Assembly: GCA_031551645.1 (NCBI GenBank)
Contig: JAVBNI010000087.1
Span: 13,381-77,380 of the forward strand
Length of the DNA: 64,000 nt
Direction: 5' to 3'
Source: Bacteroidales bacterium
GTDB taxonomy: Bacteria > Bacteroidota > Bacteroidia > Bacteroidales > UBA4181
Positions 9,101-17,478 of the stretch are shown here, one piece after another (the first letter of the stretch is position 1; the number at the start of each line of letters is the position of its first letter). The translations under genes and the position numbers were made by a program. The notes beneath the pieces are model-generated. The model made no database searches. It was not told where the DNA came from and saw nothing but the letters and a program-made list of their open reading frames with translations.

Positions 9101-10426
9101 TTAACGAATGACAATATCGGCTATCTGACGAATAAGGTCAGTGGTATAATCGCCCATATTCGGGCCAAACCAACCCATGGTTTTCGTCTCATAATGATCC
9201 CTGAAATAGTACTTACTTGGGACAATATACCCCAGATAACCACCATTAAAACCGGTTACATTCGCGTTAAATCCTTTCCGGTAAAGTCCGTTTTTTATTT
9301 GAAGCGCTATCTCTCCTGAAAAATCCGCAGGGGTGGAAATCCATACCATATCATTCAATCTAAACGCCTGAAGCGTTTGACCTTCAGGAGCAGGCGGTTG
9401 GCGACCAGCGAATAATCCATCTACGAGTTCTTTTGACATATTGAATTCAGGTGTATTCAATTTCATGGTAATGGCCGAAAAAACAACCTTATCTTTCATT
9501 GGAGTTGTTAAAGCGGATTTCAGAACGATATCACCTAAAGCTTCCCCCATTTTCCGGGCGCGCTCGAAACCTTCTGCGTCAACGCCTGCAGGCCCTTGAC
9601 TTCCCATGGCTCCGGCACAAAAGATGGCGTAATTGGCAAAGTTTTTTTCCATTTTCCTCTCCCAATAACCAGGGTAATCACCGCTTATTTCCAAATTTTT
9701 CGCACTCATGACTGTGGCATGGGCAGAGAAAGAACCAATAATGGCCTTCTTTCCTCCAATTTGTTGCAAAATAATATAGCTGAAATCGTCATTCTTGGTG
9801 CCTAATTCGTCAATAACGCGGTTCCTGACATACGATGCCGCAGACACATTTCCTGAACCGATCAATGCCGGTTTTAAATCCTTTATAGCTGATCTTATAG
9901 CTAAAGAAAACCGGGAAGCTAACCATCGATCAGTAATTTTGCCCGGATCTAAACTGGAGTGAGAATGTGTTGCGGTAAACATCAACTGATCTCTGCTTAT
10001 TCCGTCTTCACGCAACATGGATACAATCTCGTCTGTAAGTGTTTGGAACATTCTCAGATAATCGGCTCCCACTAAAATCATTAGACGGTCGGCAACTTTA
10101 ATAGCTGCAACCCTGACAAAAATTGAGTCATGTATTCCGGTTGCGAAATTTGTCCCTCTCGCACTATAACCGCCTAATCCGACGTTTTTAAATTTTCCTT
10201 CGGCAACATTGTCTTTTGGATAATGAAGGCCCGGAGTGATGCTCACTTTGGAAAAACCGGCTTCGAGCGAATGATCGATCGACGTGTTGTTCTTCCGCAG
10301 ACTGTCCAATTGAACGATGCTTTTTTTGTAATAATCGCAATCGTAGTAAGAAACTCCGACAACCTGGCCGGTGGCCGACAACGAAAAACCAAGGAATGCT
10401 GCAATTATGATGACAAATTTCCCCAT
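9101..10426 (-). CDS. Neutral ceramidase-like protein, paralog 3 (cleavable-signal type, short post-HSHSS loop)
   Basis: Contains FTATHSHSSLDPGK. The ORF track start at 10453 is TTG. The ATG at 10426 gives MGKFVIIIAAFLGFSLSATGQ, a signal peptide. Confidence 0.7.
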   Translation of the reverse strand: MGKFVIIIAAFLGFSLSATGQVVGVSYYDCDYYKKSIVQLDSLRKNNTSIDHSLEAGFSKVSITPGLHYPKDNVAEGKFKNVGLGGYSARGTNFATGIHDSIFVRVAAIKVADRLMILVGADYLRMFQTLTDEIVSMLREDGISRDQLMFTATHSHSSLDPGKITDRWLASRFSLAIRSAIKDLKPALIGSGNVSAASYVRNRVIDELGTKNDDFSYIILQQIGGKKAIIGSFSAHATVMSAKNLEISGDYPGYWERKMEKNFANYAIFCAGAMGSQGPAGVDAEGFERARKMGEALGDIVLKSALTTPMKDKVVFSAITMKLNTPEFNMSKELVDGLFAGRQPPAPEGQTLQAFRLNDMVWISTPADFSGEIALQIKNGLYRKGFNANVTGFNGGYLGYIVPSKYYFRDHYETKTMGWFGPNMGDYTTDLIRQIADIVIR

Positions 10427-10505
10427 TTTAAAAAAATTTAAGATTGAGTACAAAATATGATTTTTACGTTATTTTCAAAGACTTTGTGCTCCTTCAAGTG
10501 GTCTT

Positions 10506-10606
10506 TGTGTCTTCGAGCCTTAGTGGCCGGTTTTCATGCCACGAAGGCTCGAAGACACAAAGCAGAAACTCAAAACCGTAACAATTTGTTTTTAGGTCGT
10601 TCCTTA
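10506..10606. repeat. Intergenic element copy B of about 100 bp: 22-bp-stem hairpin (10506-10527 / 10538-10559, 1 mismatch) plus conserved tail
   Basis: Near-identical to 7891-7990. It lies upstream of the gene starting at 10426. Confidence 0.85.
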
Positions 10607-10647
10607 ACTGTGAAAGGAATATACATTCTCCATTGTCAATTCTCCAT

Positions 10648-11967
10648 TTAACGAATGATAATATCAGCCATCTGACGAATCACGTCGGCAGTATAATCAC
10701 CCATATTCTGGCCAAACCAACTCATGCTTTTCGATTCGTACTGATCAAGGTAATAGTATTTACTCGGAACAATATACCCCAGATAGCAACCATTAAAACT
10801 GGTTACATTCGCGTTAAATCCTTTCGGATAAAGATAGTTTTTAGTTTGAAGCGCTATCTCTCCTGAAAAATCTGCAGGCGTAGAAATCCATACCATATCA
10901 TTTAATCTCAGCGCCTGAAGTACTTGGCCTTCCATAGCAGGCAACGCCCTTTGGCTGCTGGAAGAAGTTCGAGTGGTATATTCAGGTATATTAAACCTCA
11001 TGGTGATGGCCGAATAAACAACCTTATCCTTCATTTGCGTTGTTGCAGCGCTTTTTTGGACGACATCTGCCAAGGCTTTTCCTAAATTTTGCGCCCGAAC
11101 GAAATCTTCTCCTTCAACGCCTGTAGGACTTTGGCTTCCCACTCCTCCGGCACAGAAAATAGCGTAGTTGGCAAAAGTACTTTCCATTTCTCTTTGCCAA
11201 TAGCCGGGATAATCGCCGCTTACTTCCATGTTTCTCGCACTCAAGACTGTGGCATGGGCAGAGAAGGAGCCAATAATAGCTTTCTTACCTTTGTTCTGTT
11301 TCAAAATAATATAGCTGAAATCGTCATTCTTGGTCCCTCGTTCGCCAATAACGCGGTTCCTGGTATATGATGCCGCAGGTATATTTCCTGAACCGATCAA
11401 CGCCGGCTTCAAATCCTTTATAGCCGATCTTACAGCTAAAGAAATCCGGGAAGCCAGCCAATTCAACATTGCATCTCCCCCCGGGCTCAAACTGGAATGA
11501 CTATGAGTTGCGGAAAACATCAACTGATCCCTACTTATTCCATCCTTTTGCAGCATGGATAAAACCGCGTCTGTAAGATTTTGGGGTATGATGATCAAAT
11601 CGGCTCCAATGATAACCATTAGTTTGTCTGCAACTTTAATCGCCGCCGTTTTGACAAAGATTGAGTCGTGTATTCCAGTTGCGGAATGTACTCCTCTTGC
11701 ACTATAGCCTCCTAAACCGACGCTTTTAAATTGTCCTTTGACATCATTGTCTTCGGAATAATGAAGACCCGGAGTGATGCTTACTTTAGCGAAACCGGCT
11801 TCGAGCGAATGTTGTATTGAACTGCTGTTTGTACGCAGACTGTCCAATTGGGCGATACTTTTTTTATAATAATCGCAATCGTAGTAGGAAATCCCGACAA
11901 CCTGACCGGTAGCCGGCAACGACAAACCAAGAAATACCACAATTACGATAAGGATAATTTTCTTCAT
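10648..11967 (-). CDS. Neutral ceramidase-like protein, paralog 4 (cleavable-signal type, short post-HSHSS loop)
   Basis: Contains FSATHSHSSLSPGG. The ORF track start at 12000 is TTG. The ATG at 11967 gives MKKIILIVIVVFLGLSLPATGQ. A heptad tract (10625-10647) abuts the stop codon. Confidence 0.7.
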   Translation of the reverse strand: MKKIILIVIVVFLGLSLPATGQVVGISYYDCDYYKKSIAQLDSLRTNSSSIQHSLEAGFAKVSITPGLHYSEDNDVKGQFKSVGLGGYSARGVHSATGIHDSIFVKTAAIKVADKLMVIIGADLIIIPQNLTDAVLSMLQKDGISRDQLMFSATHSHSSLSPGGDAMLNWLASRISLAVRSAIKDLKPALIGSGNIPAASYTRNRVIGERGTKNDDFSYIILKQNKGKKAIIGSFSAHATVLSARNMEVSGDYPGYWQREMESTFANYAIFCAGGVGSQSPTGVEGEDFVRAQNLGKALADVVQKSAATTQMKDKVVYSAITMRFNIPEYTTRTSSSSQRALPAMEGQVLQALRLNDMVWISTPADFSGEIALQTKNYLYPKGFNANVTSFNGCYLGYIVPSKYYYLDQYESKSMSWFGQNMGDYTADVIRQMADIIIR

Positions 11968-12089
11968 TTGAATATTTTTTTTGAAAAACCTAAAAATCAA
12001 GATAAAAAGAAAAAGTTTAAGAGAGGTAAATTTTCATCTTTGCACTTCCTCCCGTGAAATCATCGGGATTGGTAATATTGGGCGAAATG

Positions 12090-13175
12090 TCATTTTTTGA
12101 TTGTCAATTCATATTCCATTCCCTGATTGGGTTTTACGTAAAGATTTTCCACCACAAAACGAAGAACGACAGGTGTGTCTTTTTTCTTTATCTTGATTCC
12201 TGTCCTATGAATGGATTTAGGCGACAGCAAAAGCTCGCGTTCGCATTCCAACGACGGGTCATCTTTCTTCTTCAGCAGGAAAGGGATCTGCGAATTATTG
12301 CGTATCATGAAACTCACTCCATCAGGGCCTTCTTTGGCAGCAACAATCTCAACCGATGCTTCGAACAAAGCTTTGAGATATTCTTCACGACCGATCAGGA
12401 TATCACCATGATACACAACTGTCCGACCGGCCAGCAACGCTTCGCGGATGGATTCTACGGATCGTTCCTTGGCAAACACCAGCGTCATCGGGCGGTGTTC
12501 CCCTTTACCGAAGTCATAATAAAGACCTGTCGGGAGATGTGAATCGGAGTTCCCAATCATGGTCAGATTCTTTTCCAGACACCATTGATGTCCTTCGGGA
12601 AAATAGTCGCGGGTGTTGACAATTTCTATACCTTGTAACAATCCCTGTTGCAACATCCGGGTATGTTCGTCAAACCACCGCGTCACGTCCGGCTGATGCC
12701 GCCACCAACCAGGATGATTCCAGAAAATGAAACCGCCTTGTTGTTTTGCCTCTTTACAGGCATCCTTGAAGTCGGGTGTTTCCAACTTGTTGGCATCTTT
12801 AATAAAAATAGCGTTAATGTGACCGGGAGGCATGCCCCGCGAAATCTCGACCCCTTTTATCAGCAACAAGTTGAGCATATCAGCATATCCTTTGGCTTTT
12901 TTGTATGCAGTATTATGATCGCCCACTACTTCCTTGTCTTTTTTCGGTTCCCCGTATATGTGGTCCGAAAGCGCAATAGCGTCCAAACCCTCACTAATGG
13001 CTTCCAATACCCGCACATCGGGTGTTACGCTACCGTCGGAATAGATGGTATGCATATGAAAATCGCACTTCAAAGTCTTGTATCCCGGAATGTCGGGAAT
13101 TTCGACTTTGGTATACCGCACCTGAGCCGATAATGGTATAGCGAGACTTAGCAAGAAAAGAAAAACTGTTCTCAT
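12090..13175 (-). CDS. Secreted PHP-domain phosphoesterase/phosphodiesterase
   Basis: The motif CDFHMHTIYSDGSVTP...ALSDH is the classic PHP N-terminal metal-binding pattern. Signal peptide MRTVFLFLLSLAIPLSAQ. Confidence 0.65.
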   Translation of the reverse strand: MRTVFLFLLSLAIPLSAQVRYTKVEIPDIPGYKTLKCDFHMHTIYSDGSVTPDVRVLEAISEGLDAIALSDHIYGEPKKDKEVVGDHNTAYKKAKGYADMLNLLLIKGVEISRGMPPGHINAIFIKDANKLETPDFKDACKEAKQQGGFIFWNHPGWWRHQPDVTRWFDEHTRMLQQGLLQGIEIVNTRDYFPEGHQWCLEKNLTMIGNSDSHLPTGLYYDFGKGEHRPMTLVFAKERSVESIREALLAGRTVVYHGDILIGREEYLKALFEASVEIVAAKEGPDGVSFMIRNNSQIPFLLKKKDDPSLECERELLLSPKSIHRTGIKIKKKDTPVVLRFVVENLYVKPNQGMEYELTIKK

Positions 13176-14104
13176 TGTTTTTTTCTTTGCAATTCGAGTA
13201 AAGGACGATATCCAATAACGATGATTTTCTCATTCTCAATCAATTTTTTCAATTGAGGACTGCAAAAAAACTCCAACTCTTTGATCCGTTTGGGCGCCGT
13301 GCTTGAAAGCACACGGATCTCCTCGCTTTCGGAGCTTGCATGTACGTATATTTCTGTTACACCCGGTTTTATGTTCTTAATATAATTGGTCCAGAATTCG
13401 ACCACATTGTCATTTTTATAATCACTAAATTCTTCGCTGATAAAATAATCAGGGAAGACGAGACCCTTTTCTTCACATTCTTTCCGTATATTTGGAAATC
13501 CTCTTCTTTCCATTGATGCTTGTGACGCCATCCGCAACGGCAAATTAAATTCTTCGGCAAGCTGGACATATATCTTCAAGTATTCCAAGTCGTTCTGGTA
13601 GGTTCCCATATGCGAATCAATATGTGTTATGGGTATACCGCTTGCGAGCGCCTTTTGAATCTGGGCGCGTCCTTCCAGCAGAGCTTGCTGGGGATTCGAT
13701 GCTGCGTACACATCACGCACACCTTTCCACATATATCCCTGCCGGTCATACAATCCCGGAACCTCTGTCCATGAAAGCAAGGGTGTCCAGCGGTGTTTAG
13801 TCCACTCCGCCGTGAGGGTCAGGTGCACCCCAAAATCTTTTTCGGGATGTTGCACTGCATAAGTTGCTATTTCACTATACCACGAACAAGGCGTCATGAT
13901 AGTGGCCGTACTGATAAAGCCCTGCTCCATCCCTTTGATGGTTGCAGTATTAGCGGCATGACACATTCCGCAATCGTCATTATTTACAATCAGTATTCTG
14001 TCTGTTTTTTTATATCCTAATCTTTCGGCCAAAGTTTTCGTTTGTGCCGAAACGGTAGCCCCACTGACTACCATAGCAATTGCTAACAAAAAAGTATTTT
14101 TCAT
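13172..14104 (-). CDS. YdjC/ChbG/HpnK-family deacetylase, secreted
   Basis: Contains the family motifs NNDDCGMCHAANTATI, GVHLTL and HIDSHMG. Its stop overlaps the next gene's start as ATGA at 13172-13175. Confidence 0.65.
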   Translation of the reverse strand: MKNTFLLAIAMVVSGATVSAQTKTLAERLGYKKTDRILIVNNDDCGMCHAANTATIKGMEQGFISTATIMTPCSWYSEIATYAVQHPEKDFGVHLTLTAEWTKHRWTPLLSWTEVPGLYDRQGYMWKGVRDVYAASNPQQALLEGRAQIQKALASGIPITHIDSHMGTYQNDLEYLKIYVQLAEEFNLPLRMASQASMERRGFPNIRKECEEKGLVFPDYFISEEFSDYKNDNVVEFWTNYIKNIKPGVTEIYVHASSESEEIRVLSSTAPKRIKELEFFCSPQLKKLIENEKIIVIGYRPLLELQRKKQ

Positions 14105-14290
14105 TTGTGTAAAATTATTTTCTAAGGTTTATATTTCACTGACTTCGCTGAGCTTGCAGACTCAATTCATTACGATGGATGAACTACAATATTTATGGAT
14201 ATTTCATTTATTCATAAAATACATTGAAAGGATTTCTTGGGATTGTTTCAAAAGTCTTTTAAAAAAATCAAATTGTTTATTATCTGAATT

Positions 14291-15649
14291 TTAATTGTTT
14301 TTTACCAATAACTTTTTGTCGGTGGTAACAAACATACGGGTACTTTCGGTATAATCATGGCCGGAAGGACTTTGGTAGATCAAGTCAACAAAAAAGGCTT
14401 TGTATCCGGATTTTGGATAAGGAATATCAACAACTATTTCACCCTTGCCGGCGGCATTCAAATCCTGTCCCGACCAGGGTTCATCTCTGAAATCCTGATC
14501 TTCGGACTCTGCCCCCCAGAGTTCAGCGCCTTTTAAAAGTGCAGGAGTTGTTTTTACTTTCAACATGATAACACCATCTTGTTCTTTTATGGAATAATCA
14601 CAAATTGGATAATTCCCTCCAGTAATGGTTGTTTCAAAAAAAGCGCCGGTAGAAGTAAACACCTTTTTTCCATCACCCAAGTTGTGTACGGCATTGGGGA
14701 CATAACAGATATAATTCTTTCCCGGAATATCATCGATATAGTTTTTTATTGCATCAACAGGCCAATACGGATCATTTGTCGCCATAAATATCATTTTAGG
14801 CATAGTCAATGACTCCCTGTACGAATATGGATCAACCATTGTCACAAGGTCCTGGCCGCCCTTACTTGTGATCTGCTGGGTAATTCCCAGATCAACATAA
14901 TCCTGAATTTCTACGCTGTAATCTTTCCAGACCTCAATCTGATAATCAACACTGACAGGCATGTTGAGCACGTCAATTACTTTGGGGGCAATGGCTTTTA
15001 CACGTTTGTCATTAGCACCTGTCAACCAAGTAGTCCAGCCGCGTTTTGATTCTCCCGAAACCACAAATTCTTTTATATCCCACTTCCGTTCTTTATCAGC
15101 AAACTGCTGAATCACATCCATTCCCCTGATGGCGCTTTTAGTCATGGGAAAAAGTAAAGGCCAGGTCATATCCCCATCTTTCAAATAATTATGGAATGTG
15201 TAGGAGATTAAAGCATCTTCGGTCAGGTCGTTATAGAGGGGTTGATTAGGCACCTGCCAGAGCACGGCTGTAACCGCCATACTGTTTTTCGCAATCTCAC
15301 ACAGCGGGATTACAAATTTATCATTCCACGAATGCAGATTGGGTTTACCATCCTTAACACTACCCCCGGCAATCAGCATAAGCGCATCAGGGTATTTTAA
15401 CATGTCGGGTACTATAATTACCATTTCATGTACCCAATCAAACTCACGCCAGTGTTGCGATGTAAAGAGCACCCTGTACAAAGTAACACCATCCTGCTGG
15501 ATCTTATCATTCAATTCCCATTTGAAGGAATTGTCGGAATTATTGATATATGCCTGTAGCGCCGTAGCCGGAGTAACTGGGTTTTTAGTTTCGGCACAAC
15601 CGGCAAAAAAAGCACCAATGATGGAAATAAGAAATAGTAACTTCTTCAT
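14291..15649 (-). CDS. PhoPQ-activated pathogenicity-related (PqaA)-like alpha/beta-hydrolase lipoprotein, copy 1
   Basis: Lipobox FFAGC. The N-terminal pattern ALQAYINNSDNSFKW...FTSQHW...IAGGS and the SGESKRGWTTW motif match my recollection of the PhoPQ_related family. Confidence 0.6.
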   Translation of the reverse strand: MKKLLFLISIIGAFFAGCAETKNPVTPATALQAYINNSDNSFKWELNDKIQQDGVTLYRVLFTSQHWREFDWVHEMVIIVPDMLKYPDALMLIAGGSVKDGKPNLHSWNDKFVIPLCEIAKNSMAVTAVLWQVPNQPLYNDLTEDALISYTFHNYLKDGDMTWPLLFPMTKSAIRGMDVIQQFADKERKWDIKEFVVSGESKRGWTTWLTGANDKRVKAIAPKVIDVLNMPVSVDYQIEVWKDYSVEIQDYVDLGITQQITSKGGQDLVTMVDPYSYRESLTMPKMIFMATNDPYWPVDAIKNYIDDIPGKNYICYVPNAVHNLGDGKKVFTSTGAFFETTITGGNYPICDYSIKEQDGVIMLKVKTTPALLKGAELWGAESEDQDFRDEPWSGQDLNAAGKGEIVVDIPYPKSGYKAFFVDLIYQSPSGHDYTESTRMFVTTDKKLLVKNN

Positions 15650-15663
15650 ATTGAACTGTCATT

Positions 15664-15698
15664 AGAAAAAGCAGGAGATACTCTAAAGTATCTCCTGC
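15664..15698 (-). terminator. Hairpin plus T-tract between susD-like and PqaA-like genes (attenuator or 3' stabiliser), copy 1
   Basis: A 12-bp perfect stem (GCAGGAGATACT / AGTATCTCCTGC) with a 4-nt loop, followed on the minus strand by TTTTTCT. It ends 14 nt before the ATG at 15649. Confidence 0.6.
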
Positions 15699-15717
15699 CT
15701 AACATTTCTAAAATAAA

Positions 15718-17466
15718 TTACCAAGGCTTCCCTGTTTCTTGCAAAAGCCACATTCTTGACCATGCACTGTTCTTTGTATTCCCAGGCTCAGAAAATGGTT
15801 GCGGAGTTGGTTCGAGCCTATCAATAGCAACTTCTAAATTATCCCTGTTATAGCTTAATTCTTTAGTGCCATAATAAAAACGTATGGGAGGTACCGGGTT
15901 TTTTGTTCTTGTCCCCTCTGCTAAAACGGGAAAACCTGTTCTTCTCCAGTCAAACCATGCTTCACATGCAGCAGTCCAGCTTGCTATCCATTTCTGCTCT
16001 ATGATTTGCTCTAATGTCTCATTGTAGGCAATGTCAGGATGGGTAATAAAATCGTTATATCCGCTGCTTACACCCCATGTTTCTAAAGAAACTCTGATAG
16101 CTGCGTTATAATGTTCTTTGGCATCCCCGCCCCATCCGTTATAAGCTATTTCGGCAAGGCAGAATTGCATTTCGGCTGCCGACAACATTCTGGCCTTTAG
16201 CAGAGGATCGGCGGCTTTCTCATACAGCGAGCCGAGTTGTGATGCATGAGGATTGTACCTGCCTTGTCCGCCAGGCATATTCAGGTTATATACATATAAT
16301 GTGCCATCCGTCCATGCCGGCGGGTAACCGATATAATCAGTATCATAATTGAGCTTGTGCTTCTGTATGCCACCGTTAGTTCTTTCCCATCTGGTACTGA
16401 CACTGTCACCAATCACGCGTACTCCATCAATAATCTGATCAAATTCAACATCTTTGGTTAAATCAAGTTTTAACGGCGTCTCAACTTTGTTTGCCCACAC
16501 TCCTAATCTGGGATCCTTCGCCCGTGTGGGATCATTATGAGTCGGCCACATTTTATCGATCAATGTCTGACACATTTTTCGTCTGAGATATTCGCTGTCT
16601 ATGGTTTTACTAAACACAGTTGTGGTACGCCATGAATTGCCGGTAGTGGCTCCGATGCATGCATAAGCGGCATCATCGGCAGGAGTCAGAATCAGAGGAT
16701 ATTGTGCGGGATCGCCCAATATTTCTTTGATTCCTGTTTCGGCAATATCCCGTTCTTTGGTCGAAATTCTCAAATAATACCTTAATCTCAGCGAATTGGC
16801 AAATTTTCTCCATTTAGCAACATCACCGTTATAAAGAGGATCCTGATCGGGATTGATGATATATGCGCTCTGCGGTTGGGAGAAAAGCGTGTTCGCTTCC
16901 TTAAGCAACTCAATGACACCAATGTATATATCCCTTTGTTTGTCGTACCGCGGCTTCATAATCCCATCGTCAGCGCAAATTCCTTCAAGATAAGGCGCCG
17001 CACTGTATTTGCTCCAAAAAGGCGCATCAGCCGGCGAATCGCTCCAAAAAGGCGCATCGCCCCAAAAGTCGGCAATAGCTCCAAAATTATATGCCAAAAA
17101 TACTTTTGCTGCACCTTTGTAAAAGTCGTTACCTGCTTCATCTGCCTTCCGCAACATCTCTTTCGCATTTCTAAGGTTCTCGTAGAAGCCGTCCCATTCA
17201 TTGGCCGTCCAGTCATAAGCATTTACTCCTCCTGCCCAGCCATCCTGTTGGATATGCTGCATCACTCCGGAAATATCTCCTAATCCTCCATAACCGTTCA
17301 TCGTATTTCCGGTGCCGGTGATCACGGTGCCCAACAAAAGGCTTACGTCCGCTTGATTTGGATCGACGCCGTTGGGGTTGATGTTCATCTCGTCAAGGTC
17401 TTTACATGAAAAAAGCGAAAGACCAATCAAAAAACATGATACTATAATTGAATATTTTGTTTTCAT
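15718..17466 (-). CDS. SusD/RagB-family outer-membrane lipoprotein, copy 1
   Basis: Lipobox SLFSC, followed by KDLDEMNINPNG. The C-terminal ...NSAWSRMWLLQETGKPW and the overall length are typical. It lies immediately downstream of the SusC-like gene. Confidence 0.85.
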   Translation of the reverse strand: MKTKYSIIVSCFLIGLSLFSCKDLDEMNINPNGVDPNQADVSLLLGTVITGTGNTMNGYGGLGDISGVMQHIQQDGWAGGVNAYDWTANEWDGFYENLRNAKEMLRKADEAGNDFYKGAAKVFLAYNFGAIADFWGDAPFWSDSPADAPFWSKYSAAPYLEGICADDGIMKPRYDKQRDIYIGVIELLKEANTLFSQPQSAYIINPDQDPLYNGDVAKWRKFANSLRLRYYLRISTKERDIAETGIKEILGDPAQYPLILTPADDAAYACIGATTGNSWRTTTVFSKTIDSEYLRRKMCQTLIDKMWPTHNDPTRAKDPRLGVWANKVETPLKLDLTKDVEFDQIIDGVRVIGDSVSTRWERTNGGIQKHKLNYDTDYIGYPPAWTDGTLYVYNLNMPGGQGRYNPHASQLGSLYEKAADPLLKARMLSAAEMQFCLAEIAYNGWGGDAKEHYNAAIRVSLETWGVSSGYNDFITHPDIAYNETLEQIIEQKWIASWTAACEAWFDWRRTGFPVLAEGTRTKNPVPPIRFYYGTKELSYNRDNLEVAIDRLEPTPQPFSEPGNTKNSAWSRMWLLQETGKPW

Positions 17467-17478
17467 ATTACGATTACG

